The notes under the pieces are model-generated. The model did not search any database, had not been told where the DNA came from, and saw only the letters and a program-made list of their open reading frames with translations. The position numbers and the translations under genes are program-made. Shown here one piece after another: positions 1 through 10,648 of a stretch of 64,000 nucleotides of DNA. Origin of the DNA: Candidatus Latescibacterota bacterium (GTDB taxonomy: Bacteria; Latescibacterota; UBA2968); contig OZ242311.1 of the NCBI GenBank assembly GCA_965207885.1, positions 4,288,001 through 4,352,000 on the forward strand, given 5' to 3'. The stretch's first letter is position 1; every line of letters begins with the position of its first letter.

Positions 1-55
1 TGTCCAATTAATTGTTCGCGGCGAATATATAGCATTTCGAACCACTTGTCAGGAG

Positions 56-781
56 ATGTGTATGAGACGGCCAACAGATGCTGAACGGCAGGAATGGGAA
101 GATAACGGCGTGTTGTTTTTAGAAAAAGCAATTGTAGGCGAAGACCTCGCGCGGTTACAGGCGACATTTGATCGATGTGCCGCCGAGGCCAGGCGCGAAT
201 GGTTGGAGGGAATTGCGAAAGGCACGCGTCCCGCTGCCCATTTTGATATTCCAAAACCACTGGAAAAGGACGACTTATTTATCGACCTGATCGATTATCC
301 TGGCTGGTACGGGTTTTTGATGGATTTTGCCGATGAAGATCTGATCTTGCTCGCGCCGCAAATAAGAACTCTGCCGGTCTCACCCATCAGTTATGTGGGC
401 TGGCATCCGGATGTGCCGCATACGACACCACTTCATATGAAGGTACAGATTTATATTGAAGATGTTCCGGCCGATGGCGGAGCATTTGGGTATGTACCGG
501 GCAGTCATAAACCCGATGTCGGGCCGTGTCCCCTGGTTCGTCCATTGGATTCGATGCCGGGGCACAAAGTGTATCCGGGCAAAGCGGGCGATGCGGTATT
601 ATTCAATTCTTATGGATGGCATACATCGATGGTCAACCGCACGTTAAAGCCGCGCAAGTCGATTATTCTCATCTATGAAAAGTGGAGTAAGGACCGCATA
701 TCGACCAAACATTTTGCAGCCATTGCGGATAAATGCACAACGCCAGACCGCAGGCGATTGTTCAGCCTGGATGAGAGATGA
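56..781 (+). CDS. Phytanoyl-CoA dioxygenase (PhyH) family Fe(II)/2OG oxygenase
   Basis: GWHPD (HxD), VPGSH and late WH motif; 241 aa. Confidence 0.85.
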   Translation: MCMRRPTDAERQEWEDNGVLFLEKAIVGEDLARLQATFDRCAAEARREWLEGIAKGTRPAAHFDIPKPLEKDDLFIDLIDYPGWYGFLMDFADEDLILLAPQIRTLPVSPISYVGWHPDVPHTTPLHMKVQIYIEDVPADGGAFGYVPGSHKPDVGPCPLVRPLDSMPGHKVYPGKAGDAVLFNSYGWHTSMVNRTLKPRKSIILIYEKWSKDRISTKHFAAIADKCTTPDRRRLFSLDER

Positions 782-785
782 TAGC

Positions 786-1688
786 ATGCCAATTATTGAC
801 TCGCACCTGCATGTATTTGAAAAACTGTCGGACGAATTTCCCCGAGAAGTGGATGATCAGTGTCCCCCAGATAGGGCAGAGACAGCAGAAAAATTGCTGG
901 AGGTCATGGCGGCCAATGGGGTCGATCAGGCCGTGCTGACACAGATTGGCGGTGCACAATTGGCGCACCATCGGTACTTACAGCATTGTTTGAAGACCTA
1001 CCCCAATCGCTTCCGGGGAATTGGATTGATCCCCCGGGATGAATGGGACGCGCCGGAAGACCACATGGATCGGCTCGCTGAGAATGGGGATATTATCGGG
1101 TTCAGGATTAACGAAATTGGCGGATCTGCCGATCCCCTATCCCAAATGGATGTACGAACATTTACTTCGTATCGCATCTGGAAACACGCGGCTGAAAAAA
1201 ACTACGTGATGTGGCTGTATATCCGGGCGAAAGACGCGCATCAAGTCGCCTTTATGATTCAGGCATTTCCCGAAATTCGCGCCGTGTTTAACCACCTGAT
1301 GATCTGTCCAGGCGAAGGAATGTTTTCGTGGGATGACGAAGGCCGCCCACACATCAATACCCCTATACCGCCGATGACGCGCTACTCGATGCTGGGCTTG
1401 CACGAATACCCCAATATCTGCGTACATCTATCGGGACAATATGCGTTTAGCCAGGAGGCATGGCCCTATCGCGACCTGGAAAGCTGGCACAAAACATTGC
1501 ACACCAGGTTTGGCGCAGACAAATTGATGTGGGCGACAGATTTTCCCTGGATTTTGGAAGATCCGGGATATGATAAGCTGGTACAGGTAATCGATGAATT
1601 GCTACCAGATTTGAATGCGCGGCAAAAAGCAGAGATTATGGGGGGAACGGCAAAACGGGTTTTGGGCTTTCCCGACGTGGCGGATTGA
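786..1688 (+). CDS. Amidohydrolase_2 family protein (sugar lactonase-like)
   Basis: IIDSHLHV start, MWATDFPW, IMGGTA near the end; start moved to ATG 786. Confidence 0.8.
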   Translation: MPIIDSHLHVFEKLSDEFPREVDDQCPPDRAETAEKLLEVMAANGVDQAVLTQIGGAQLAHHRYLQHCLKTYPNRFRGIGLIPRDEWDAPEDHMDRLAENGDIIGFRINEIGGSADPLSQMDVRTFTSYRIWKHAAEKNYVMWLYIRAKDAHQVAFMIQAFPEIRAVFNHLMICPGEGMFSWDDEGRPHINTPIPPMTRYSMLGLHEYPNICVHLSGQYAFSQEAWPYRDLESWHKTLHTRFGADKLMWATDFPWILEDPGYDKLVQVIDELLPDLNARQKAEIMGGTAKRVLGFPDVAD

Positions 1689-3720
1689 CCCTTTTGAAAT
1701 TGACCTTGTATTGTTCGAGGGCCTCGAGCGCCTTGTTAGCGGGATGGGGATATATATCACGGGATTTCGCAAAAGATGCAACAGCTTCTACTCTCTTGCC
1801 CTGTTTTTGCAGCAGGCTACCCTTCAAGTAGTATAGCTGCGCCAGAGTTTGCTTTTTCAATGCCTCGTATTTGAGGGTCTCCGCCCTGTCTAACCACGCC
1901 GAGACTTGTTCCCAGTGCGAGCTATTTCCATGCTTTATCAGTATGCCAGCCATACCGATGAGGCAGGCATAACTACCCTCTGCGAGGCGGAATAATTCCT
2001 GCATTGAATTGAGAAGTCCCGGATCGCCCGATAAATAAATCAAACCCAAATATCGCCCGTACTGGAACAACAATCCGTTTCGCCGCACACGCTCCCAGCG
2101 ATCAATGGGCTGCAAATGCACCAGATAGGTGAAATATTCCTCTCCACGCGGATGGCGTTTTATTTCTATATCACCCGGCTTACCATCTTTAACCGCCTCC
2201 ATGAGAAAACCATAGATCCGTCCCTGGCGATTGGGAAAAATGTCGAAATCCATGGGGAAAAAGAGGGCGCGTTCTGTCGAATCAGTAAATTGTTCCAAAA
2301 CTTCCTGCTTGTTCTCTTTGGGCAGAAATGGATCGTAGAGACGTTTGCCATATACGAGACCTTGAAGATTGTACAACGCGACATCCGGACGGCGGTTCTC
2401 GATGTATTGATAATAGCCCATCGGCCCGGTTGCATCGCCAAACACGAACAGGACCGCGTCCTCTGGCAAAATATCCAATTGCATGTCTGCATAGTGCTCG
2501 GCAAAGTCGCTATCGGATCGATCATTGACCTGCCAGTGTTCGTGCACCGACCACGCAACCATCGCCGTGCCCACCAGTGCTGCCATACCAATATTGAGTC
2601 TCGGCCTCTGGGCAAATTTGGAAGGCAACCGTTCTGCTAACCAGTCGAGCACAACCTGCAAGCCAACGCCCAGCCACAGAGCCGCTATGCCATAACACAA
2701 CAGAGAGTAGGGACGGAAGATCGCGCCCCAGAAAAAGTCAAAATCAAAACCCAGCAAGGCGATCAGCACGATGCTATTGCCCAAAAATACCAGCAATCCC
2801 GAACCCGCTTTTGCGATCTGCCGCCGCCGAAACAGAATGATCAGGCCGAACACAGCGAGTGCAAATCCCGGCAGCGTCAATTGCCATAAAAATTCATTGC
2901 CAAGCCATTGCATGAACCCAAAACGATCATCCCATCCAGCGCTGGGGCTGGCATCTATATGGGCATAGCCTTGACGGGTGAAATAATGCCAAAATTCTTT
3001 CAACGTATCGATAGAGCCGTAAAAATTGATCAGGGGATCCCGATGTGACTGCCAGACCATCCATGCATAAGGCAATGCCGCACACGGCAGGGAAATCCCC
3101 AAAAGCAACGGCAGCTTCCGATATACGGTGCGCCAAATGGGAAAGACCAATATCATCAACCCCGGCGTTGAAAGCACCATCAGCGGCCAGTGATTGGCCA
3201 AACTCAATCCATAAGCGATAGCCGTGGCAATCCAGATCCCGGTGCGCTGCGGCTGGCGGAGGCCGTATAAAAGCAGCGCGTAGAAACCAAAAAAGAACAG
3301 CGTATTGAGCGTATAAACCTCGGCAATAATAGCCTGAGACCAGAAATGCTCAGAAGCGGCAAACAGCCAGGCGGCAGTCCTGGCTGGAATTGGCGATGCA
3401 CCCAACAGGCGAGCACACACATAAACGCAGCCACAGGTGAGCGCGCCCAATACCGCGCTGGACAAATGACCGAGAAAAGCAACACTGCCAAAGGGCAATT
3501 GCGTAAACAGATAGACAATGAGGGTATAGAGCGGATAGCCCGGTGGATGTGCCACACCGAGGTGCACGCCAGCCATGAGAAACAAGCCGTCATCTTCTAA
3601 AACAACAGTACGCGGCATGGTAAGCACATAAAGCACGAGCGGGCCAATAACCGATGCGGCCAGTGCGATACCATCGCGCAAGGGATTAAATGTTCCATCC
3701 TGGTCATGCACGCGATTCAT
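1636..3720 (-). CDS. DUF2723 / TMEM260-like GT-C membrane glycosyltransferase with C-terminal TPR
   Basis: EDDG...GVAHPPGYPLY, WSQAIIAEVY, NH motifs; many TM helices; TPR-like tail. Confidence 0.85.
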   Translation of the reverse strand: MNRVHDQDGTFNPLRDGIALAASVIGPLVLYVLTMPRTVVLEDDGLFLMAGVHLGVAHPPGYPLYTLIVYLFTQLPFGSVAFLGHLSSAVLGALTCGCVYVCARLLGASPIPARTAAWLFAASEHFWSQAIIAEVYTLNTLFFFGFYALLLYGLRQPQRTGIWIATAIAYGLSLANHWPLMVLSTPGLMILVFPIWRTVYRKLPLLLGISLPCAALPYAWMVWQSHRDPLINFYGSIDTLKEFWHYFTRQGYAHIDASPSAGWDDRFGFMQWLGNEFLWQLTLPGFALAVFGLIILFRRRQIAKAGSGLLVFLGNSIVLIALLGFDFDFFWGAIFRPYSLLCYGIAALWLGVGLQVVLDWLAERLPSKFAQRPRLNIGMAALVGTAMVAWSVHEHWQVNDRSDSDFAEHYADMQLDILPEDAVLFVFGDATGPMGYYQYIENRRPDVALYNLQGLVYGKRLYDPFLPKENKQEVLEQFTDSTERALFFPMDFDIFPNRQGRIYGFLMEAVKDGKPGDIEIKRHPRGEEYFTYLVHLQPIDRWERVRRNGLLFQYGRYLGLIYLSGDPGLLNSMQELFRLAEGSYACLIGMAGILIKHGNSSHWEQVSAWLDRAETLKYEALKKQTLAQLYYLKGSLLQKQGKRVEAVASFAKSRDIYPHPANKALEALEQYKVNFKRVNPPRRESPKPVLPFPP

Positions 3721-4139
3721 TGCGTACCGTCCTCCTGTTCTTCCGGGCGTTCGTCTGTCACCTCGCGAAACGTCCAGAGGGAATTGAGAAAATAGTTAAA
3801 CAATGTGGCCGGTGCAATTGCGCACCCCTGCAAAATGACCGATTGCACCGCTGGAAAAAGGAAGGAAAGCAAGACAAATGTGCCATAACTCAGCACGAGA
3901 GTCACCAGTGAAACGAGATTGTACTTCAAACCCCGAACGCGCTTTCTCCCCGCCAGTGCGCGATCGCGGAAGGTCCAGTAGTTATTGAGCAGAAAATTTG
4001 AGATAATCGACAGCTCAATTGCAACTGGCGATGCGAGCAACTTATGCACACCGAGATTGAGCAAGAATTGAAACGAACCGAGATTGACAAATACCCCCGA
4101 TAACCCCGTGAGGGCAAATTTGATAAATGTGCGAGACAT
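3717..4139 (-). CDS. GtrA family membrane protein (lipid-linked sugar flippase-like)
   Basis: FIKFALTGLSG, NFLLNNYWTF, NYFLNSLWTF; 4-bp overlap with the DUF2723 gene. Confidence 0.85.
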   Translation of the reverse strand: MSRTFIKFALTGLSGVFVNLGSFQFLLNLGVHKLLASPVAIELSIISNFLLNNYWTFRDRALAGRKRVRGLKYNLVSLVTLVLSYGTFVLLSFLFPAVQSVILQGCAIAPATLFNYFLNSLWTFREVTDERPEEQEDGTQ

Positions 4140-4273
4140 AAATTTTCCGATAAATTAGATTTTCAACTAATCAAATTAACAACACACCTTCGAGAAATCA
4201 AGCGCGAAACTCCCAAAAATCTTCTCCCGCATTTACCAGAATACACAGACAACTTGATACGGTTGACCCGATC

Positions 4274-5158
4274 GTGAAACGAATCGCTAAAATTTTGCTC
4301 ATCTCCATATTGTTATTCATTGCGTTGTCTGTTGCGCTATCCATCTGGAGGAAACCGATGCCCGATCATCCTTTTATCAAAAAAAACGCGGGTGTTGAAG
4401 TGATCGCACACCGGGGAGGCTGGCGGTTGTGGCCCGAAAATACACTGTATGCTTTTCAACATGCCGTAGATCTCGGCGTAGATATGCTGGAAATGGATAT
4501 CCGCAGTACAAAAGACGGCCATATCGTGGTCTTTCACGATGAGACCGTAACGCGCACGACCAATGGCAACGCGCGTGTAAATGATCTAACACTTGCAGAA
4601 TTGAAACAGTTAGATGCGGGATACAAATGGACGGCTGACAAGGGCGCGACTTTTCCCTTTCGCGGAAAAGGAATAGTAGCTCCAACGCTGGATGAAGTCT
4701 TCGCGTCTTTTCCGCACATGCGAATGACCATTGAAATCAAACAGAAAGAGCCAGATATTGTCGAGGCATTTGGCAACCTGATTCGCCGCCATGGGATGCA
4801 GCACCGCGTGCTGGTCGCGTGTTTTGACACCGGAACATTGAAGCGTTTTCGCAAGCTGTTTCCCGAAGTAGCAACATCGCCGGGCATGACGGAAGGAATG
4901 ATTTTTTACGCCCTGTGCTGGCTGCACCTGAGCGCGGTTTACCAGCCCAATGTCGAAGTATTGCAGTTCCCACTAAAAATGGGACCAATAAATGGCAGCC
5001 ATCCACGCCTGTTATCTGGAGCGCGCAAAAACAATATACAGGTGCAAATATGGACTGTGGATGACGAATCGAAAATGCGAATGCTGATTGAAAAAAGGGT
5101 AGATGGCATCATCACTCGCCGGCCAGACCGCCTGTTAAAAATATTCGGGAGAGAATAG
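4274..5158 (+). CDS. Glycerophosphodiester phosphodiesterase, N-terminal anchor
   Basis: IAHRGG, PENT, EMD, HD, IEIK, WTVD, GIIT motifs. Confidence 0.9.
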   Translation: MKRIAKILLISILLFIALSVALSIWRKPMPDHPFIKKNAGVEVIAHRGGWRLWPENTLYAFQHAVDLGVDMLEMDIRSTKDGHIVVFHDETVTRTTNGNARVNDLTLAELKQLDAGYKWTADKGATFPFRGKGIVAPTLDEVFASFPHMRMTIEIKQKEPDIVEAFGNLIRRHGMQHRVLVACFDTGTLKRFRKLFPEVATSPGMTEGMIFYALCWLHLSAVYQPNVEVLQFPLKMGPINGSHPRLLSGARKNNIQVQIWTVDDESKMRMLIEKRVDGIITRRPDRLLKIFGRE

Positions 5159-5183
5159 GCCTTTCACAAACGGAATAAATACC

Positions 5184-6638
5184 ATGTCTGAACAAATCAA
5201 CTTGCTTTTTATCTTAACAGACGACCAGGGATATTGGGCGATGGGATGTGCGGGCAATTCGGAAATTCGCACGCCAAATCTGGATCGATTGGCCACAACG
5301 GGATTGCGCTTTGAGAATTTCTTTTGCGCGTCGCCAGTTTGCTCGCCGGCTCGGGCTTCCATTTTAACGGGCCGCATTCCATCGCAACACGGCGTACAGG
5401 ATTTTTTGCGGGCAGGCAATTCAAATATCTACGGCGCAGATGATCGGGCTATAGAATATCTATCGGGACAAACAGCATATACAGATATCTTATCTGAACG
5501 GGGTTACACGTGTGGTTTAAGTGGCAAATGGCATCTGGGCTATTCGGAAAAACCGCAGAAAAGTTTTGCGTTTTGGGATGTTCACGCAAGTGGCGCAGGA
5601 CCGTATTACAATCCCCCGATGATTCGCGACGGCAAAGCGTATCAAACATCGGATTACGTGAGCGATCTGATTACAGATAATGCATTGGAATTTCTGCAGA
5701 ATGCAAATCAACCGTTCTGCTTGAATGTTCACTACACAGCGCCTCACGCGCCTTGGGGGCGCGAACACCATCCGCCAGAATTATTCGAAGATTATTACAA
5801 AAACTGTCCTTTTGAATCAACCCCCGATGAACCCATGCACCCCCAGCAGTTGTCAAAGACGGGGTCATCGGGTTCTTTGGGGTTTACAGAAGAAGAGCGC
5901 AGTGAAACACTCAGCGGCTATTTTGCTGCAATGACCGCGATGGACGCCAACGTGGGCAGATTGCTGGATTGGCTGGAAGCCAATGGGTTGCGGGAAAATA
6001 CACTCATCGCATTTACAAGCGACAATGGAATGAACATGGGACATCACGGGATTTACGGCAAAGGCAATGGAACATTCCCACCGAACATGTTCGACACCTC
6101 GGTGAAAGTCCCCATGCTCTTCTCGCATCCAGGTCGCGTTCCCGAAGGCAAAGTTATTTCCTCACTGCACAGCCATTACGACATCATGCCGACCTTACTG
6201 GACTATCTCAACGTAGAAAATCCCGACTCCGATTCCCTTCCCGGACGCAGCTTTTCCGCATTATTGGAGGGACGCGCTTTAGATAGCAACGACAAGGTGG
6301 TTGTATATGACGAATACGGTCCCACGCGAATGATCCGCACTGCGGAATGGAAGTACGTCCATCGCTATCCCTATGGACCTCCTGAACTCTACGATCTGGT
6401 AAACGACCCGGATGAACGACAAAATCTGATCGCAGAACAAAAACATCAAACAATAAGGGAATCGCTACAGGCCGATCTGGATGCGTGGTTTGTGCGCTAT
6501 GCCGATCCCGAGCGGGATGGATCGCGCGAAGCCGTGATGGGCAGAGGACAGTTAGACGTTGTTGGTCCTGCCGCAAAGGGACGAAAGCGGTTTGGCGATG
6601 ATGTCGTTCTTGAACGCGACAACAAACGGAGGTCTTGA
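5184..6638 (+). CDS. Cys-type sulfatase
   Basis: TDDQG, CSPARAS (CxPxR), GKWHLG, TSDNG. Confidence 0.92.
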   Translation: MSEQINLLFILTDDQGYWAMGCAGNSEIRTPNLDRLATTGLRFENFFCASPVCSPARASILTGRIPSQHGVQDFLRAGNSNIYGADDRAIEYLSGQTAYTDILSERGYTCGLSGKWHLGYSEKPQKSFAFWDVHASGAGPYYNPPMIRDGKAYQTSDYVSDLITDNALEFLQNANQPFCLNVHYTAPHAPWGREHHPPELFEDYYKNCPFESTPDEPMHPQQLSKTGSSGSLGFTEEERSETLSGYFAAMTAMDANVGRLLDWLEANGLRENTLIAFTSDNGMNMGHHGIYGKGNGTFPPNMFDTSVKVPMLFSHPGRVPEGKVISSLHSHYDIMPTLLDYLNVENPDSDSLPGRSFSALLEGRALDSNDKVVVYDEYGPTRMIRTAEWKYVHRYPYGPPELYDLVNDPDERQNLIAEQKHQTIRESLQADLDAWFVRYADPERDGSREAVMGRGQLDVVGPAAKGRKRFGDDVVLERDNKRRS

Positions 6639-7771
6639 TAATGGCAGATCTACTTGATGAACGCATTGTACGCATTGAAAAAGTAATGTTAAAAAGTCGG
6701 CGTCCCCGCTTTGTGGGCGTAAATTCCAAAGGCGGACCAGGAGGCAATATAGTTACGGATCACGTCGTTCGCATCCATACAGATAGCGGAGCCGTTGGCG
6801 TTGGCTGGTCGCGCATAAACCGCAAACAGGCCGAACAATTTTTGGGAAGACAATTGAATGAACTCTTCGCATTGCCCAACGGCTGTTTGGAAGCGGGAGA
6901 AAGTATCGACTTACCCCTGTGGGATCTGGCGGCAAAACTCTCGGATCAGCCATTGTACAAACTGCTGGGCGCGCGCGGTTCTCGGCAAGTGGAACTCTAC
7001 GACGGATCGGTCTATATCGACGACCTGGAAGCGGATGAAGATGAAGCAGTGGCAATTTTTCAGGAAGAAGTAAAAACCGGCCAGGAATACGGGTTCAAAA
7101 ATTTCAAAATAAAAATTGGGCGCGGGGCAAAGTGGATGCCAATTATGGAAGGCCTGGAACGGGATGTACTCGTCATTCAAACAATTCGAGAGGCAGCGGG
7201 ATCAGACGCCAAAATTCTCGTTGATGCCAACAATGGCACAACGCTAAATATTGCCCAGGAAATTCTCAAACAGTGTGAATCCGCAAGGATCTACTGGTTT
7301 GAGGAAGCCTTTCACGAAGAACGGGGTTTCAACGAACCTTTTAAGGCATTTATTCAAGCATCGGGTTATGACACTTATGTCGCCGATGGCGAGTCAAAAC
7401 CACCGTCGAATTTTTTTGACATGGTAGAACGCGGCTGGATTGACATTGTGCAACACGATTTTCGCGCCAGAGGATTGACCTGGTGGAAAGCGACAGCGGA
7501 TATGATCGCGCCCTGGGGTGCGCAATGTGCCCCGCATTGCTGGGGCAGTATTATCGAGCGATATGTACACGCCCATTTTGCCGCTTCGATTCCAAATTTT
7601 TGTCTATTAGAAGCAGCCCCTGCAGATACGCAGGGCATAGTACTCGACGGTTGGGAATTTCGAGACGGTCACCTCATCGTGCCAGATACGCTGGGAACGG
7701 GATTTGACCTCGCACCGGAAACAATTGCACGGGGAACACGCGAAGAAGGCGGGTTTTGCATTTTCATTTGA
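6635..7771 (+). CDS. Mandelate racemase/MLE enolase-superfamily enzyme
   Basis: DLPLWDL, KIKIG, DAN, WFEE, DGE, PHCW. Confidence 0.85.
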   Translation: MIMADLLDERIVRIEKVMLKSRRPRFVGVNSKGGPGGNIVTDHVVRIHTDSGAVGVGWSRINRKQAEQFLGRQLNELFALPNGCLEAGESIDLPLWDLAAKLSDQPLYKLLGARGSRQVELYDGSVYIDDLEADEDEAVAIFQEEVKTGQEYGFKNFKIKIGRGAKWMPIMEGLERDVLVIQTIREAAGSDAKILVDANNGTTLNIAQEILKQCESARIYWFEEAFHEERGFNEPFKAFIQASGYDTYVADGESKPPSNFFDMVERGWIDIVQHDFRARGLTWWKATADMIAPWGAQCAPHCWGSIIERYVHAHFAASIPNFCLLEAAPADTQGIVLDGWEFRDGHLIVPDTLGTGFDLAPETIARGTREEGGFCIFI

Positions 7772-7785
7772 AAAAGGATAACACG

Positions 7786-8877
7786 GTGAATAACACAACT
7801 GCCCCCCAGGACGCCGGCATGTCTGCCGACCAACTCGAACGAGCTTTTAACCTGCTCACAGCCGCCACAGAAGCCGGACAAATTGGCGCGGCCTCACTGA
7901 CGGTTACACGGCACGGCAAGGAAGTCTTCGCCCGGGGATGCGGGCAACAGCACCCTCGCACAGGCCAGCCAGTCGATGCGGACTCGATATTTCTCCTCGC
8001 CTCAATCACCAAACCCGTTACAGCCTGCGCGCTGATGATCCTCGTAGATCGAGGGCTGATCTCACTCAACGACCCGGCCATTGATTATCTACCCGAATAC
8101 ACCGGCGGCGACCGTTCCGCCGTCAAAGTGCGCCACTTGCTCTCGCACATATCCGGCATGCCCGACATGCTACCCGAAAACACCAGCTTGCGACAGGCGC
8201 ACACACCCGTAGCTGGCTTCGTAGAACTAGCACTCCAGACGCCCTTGCTCTACAAACCGGAAACCGATTTTTCCTACCAGAGCATGGGCATCCTGCTCGC
8301 AGCCGAAATTGTCGAACGAGTCAGTGGACAGCGATTGCGCGACTTCGAGCGCGAGGAGATCTTTGCACCGCTGGGAATGGCGCAAAGCGCATTGGGGATG
8401 GGCGAATGGACACTTGAAGACGTGGTATGGTGCGGAACGGATGTCGAAGAGGACGAAGAACAACAGAGCTGGGGTTGGAACTCCCCTTACTGGCGCGACT
8501 TTGGAGCACCGTGGGGCGGCATGCACAGCACTGGACGCGATCTGGCGATCCTATTGCAAACCATGCTCAACGGCGGCACTTATGGCGATCGGCGCATCTT
8601 CAGCCGCGCAGCAGTCGCAGCCATGACGCGAGATCAAAACGGGGCACTCAATGCGCCCTGGGGAATCGGTTGGAGCGTATCCGGAGCGCGGGTATGGGGC
8701 TTTTGGGGCGATCTGGTATCTCAACAAACCTTCGGACACACCGGAGCGACCGGCACAGTAGCCTGGGCAGACGCCGAGCGTCAACTCAGTTGCGTCGTAC
8801 TCACCAATCAGATGGTCGCAGAAGGCAGCCTCCTGCGACGGGTTTCCAACGCAGTCGCAGCAGCAGTGGAAGAATAG
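7786..8877 (+). CDS. Serine hydrolase, beta-lactamase class C-like family
   Basis: ASITK (SxxK), LLSHISG, YQS, GHTG; start GTG 7786 after AAGGA. Confidence 0.85.
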   Translation: MNNTTAPQDAGMSADQLERAFNLLTAATEAGQIGAASLTVTRHGKEVFARGCGQQHPRTGQPVDADSIFLLASITKPVTACALMILVDRGLISLNDPAIDYLPEYTGGDRSAVKVRHLLSHISGMPDMLPENTSLRQAHTPVAGFVELALQTPLLYKPETDFSYQSMGILLAAEIVERVSGQRLRDFEREEIFAPLGMAQSALGMGEWTLEDVVWCGTDVEEDEEQQSWGWNSPYWRDFGAPWGGMHSTGRDLAILLQTMLNGGTYGDRRIFSRAAVAAMTRDQNGALNAPWGIGWSVSGARVWGFWGDLVSQQTFGHTGATGTVAWADAERQLSCVVLTNQMVAEGSLLRRVSNAVAAAVEE

Positions 8878-8909
8878 TTTCCACCCATACATCATTTCAA
8901 GGAGACATT

Positions 8910-10631
8910 ATGAATACCGCAGCAAAAACGCGACAGACCAGACGTGACCGCGAGCGCATTGCATGGTGGGAAGAAGCGCGGTTTGGCATGTTCATTCACT
9001 GGGGCGTGTATGCGATTCCCGCGGGCAAATGGAAAGGCAAAGCCATTGAAGGCATTGGGGAATGGATTATGCGCCGAGCCGAAATTCCCGCCGAGGAATA
9101 CGAACAACTCGCCTCACAATTCAATCCGGTAAAATTCGACGCCGATGCGGTTGCCAAACTCGCGCGGGATGCAGGTATGAAATACCTCGTTATCACGGCA
9201 AAACACCACGACGGCTTTGCCATGTATGACTCCCCGTGCAGCGACTACGACATCGTCGATGCCACGCCTTATGGCAAAGATATTATGGCAGACCTATCCA
9301 AAGCCTGCCAAAAATACGGCATTCGCCTCTGCTTCTACTATTCTCAAGATCAGGACTGGCACGACCCCAACGCCTCTGGAAACAACTGGGATTTTGATCC
9401 CGCGACCAAAGACTTCGCCTATTATCTCGAAAACAAAGCCAAACCCCAGGTGCGCGAGTTGCTCACGCAATATGGGCCTATCGGCCTGATATGGTTCGAC
9501 ACTCCCGTCTCCATTTCCCTGGAACAGAGCCAATCGCTCTCCCGTCTCGTCCACGGTTTGCAACCCGACTGCCTCGTCAGTGGTCGCGTGGGCAATGGCG
9601 TAGGGGACTATGGCAGCCTGGGCGACAACCAGATCCCCACCGGTCGCCTCGAAGGCTACTGGGAGACACCCGCCACCCTCAACGATACCTGGGGCTATAA
9701 AACCGATGACCACAACTGGAAAAGCGTAAAAACACTGCTCCATCTTCTCGTTGAACTCACCAGCAAAGGCGTCAACTACCTGCTCAACATCGGGCCACGC
9801 GCCGACGGCAGTGTGCCCATGCCCAGTATCAATCGCCTTCGCGCCATTGGCGAATGGATGAACACCAACAGCGAAGCGATCTACGGCACCAAAGCCACGC
9901 CATACCCCTATGAATTTCCCTGGGGTGGCATCACGCAAAAAGGCAACCGTCTCTACTTGCTCTTTACCACATGGCCCGGTGAGGATTTCACCCTCCTGGG
10001 CCTGCGCAACCGCGTTACAAACGCGACCTTGCTCGCCGACAAAAGCGCGCACATCGACATCTCTCAAATCCGCGACAACGACTGCGATATCTTAACATTG
10101 CGCCTGCCCGAATGCCCCGACCCAAATGTCTCAGTCGTCGCCCTCGAACTCGATGGCGCACCCGATGTCGATCAAACCGCTCTCCAGCAAACCGATGGCT
10201 CTATCACCATGATCGCCAGCATGGCAAACTTGCACACGTCCGAGACGGGAACGCAGATCCGCATTGGCGAAACCGGTGTAATTCAAGACTGGTTTGACAC
10301 ATCCAACTGGATCGACTGCGATTTCAAAGTATTCAAACCCGGCACCTTTGAAATACGCGTTCACACCAGTACACTCCGCCGCGTCCGCGAATGGACAGGC
10401 GGCCACGAAGTGCGCGTTGACATTGCGGGCAACACATTCAGCAAAACCATCACACCCGACGTCTGGAGCGACAGCCCCAAAGCGCAGTATTTCCCAGAAG
10501 CCGCAACCATTATTGGCCAGGTCCAACTCGACGAACCCGGCCTTTACACCGTCGAAGTCCGCGCCGAATCCATCAACGAACAATCCCGCGCCGGACTATC
10601 CGTCTCAGCCATTTCTCTGACGCGCGAATAA
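8910..10631 (+). CDS. Alpha-L-fucosidase (GH29) with C-terminal beta-sandwich
   Basis: RFGMFIHWG, TAKHHDGF, IWFD, LLNIGP; ATG 8910 after GGAG. Confidence 0.92.
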   Translation: MNTAAKTRQTRRDRERIAWWEEARFGMFIHWGVYAIPAGKWKGKAIEGIGEWIMRRAEIPAEEYEQLASQFNPVKFDADAVAKLARDAGMKYLVITAKHHDGFAMYDSPCSDYDIVDATPYGKDIMADLSKACQKYGIRLCFYYSQDQDWHDPNASGNNWDFDPATKDFAYYLENKAKPQVRELLTQYGPIGLIWFDTPVSISLEQSQSLSRLVHGLQPDCLVSGRVGNGVGDYGSLGDNQIPTGRLEGYWETPATLNDTWGYKTDDHNWKSVKTLLHLLVELTSKGVNYLLNIGPRADGSVPMPSINRLRAIGEWMNTNSEAIYGTKATPYPYEFPWGGITQKGNRLYLLFTTWPGEDFTLLGLRNRVTNATLLADKSAHIDISQIRDNDCDILTLRLPECPDPNVSVVALELDGAPDVDQTALQQTDGSITMIASMANLHTSETGTQIRIGETGVIQDWFDTSNWIDCDFKVFKPGTFEIRVHTSTLRRVREWTGGHEVRVDIAGNTFSKTITPDVWSDSPKAQYFPEAATIIGQVQLDEPGLYTVEVRAESINEQSRAGLSVSAISLTRE

Positions 10632-10648
10632 ACGAAAAGGAGGATCCC

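Noticed and set aside
8427-8909. Long N-terminal extension of the fucosidase ORF
   Set aside because: Overlaps the serine hydrolase in another frame; the RBS supports ATG 8910
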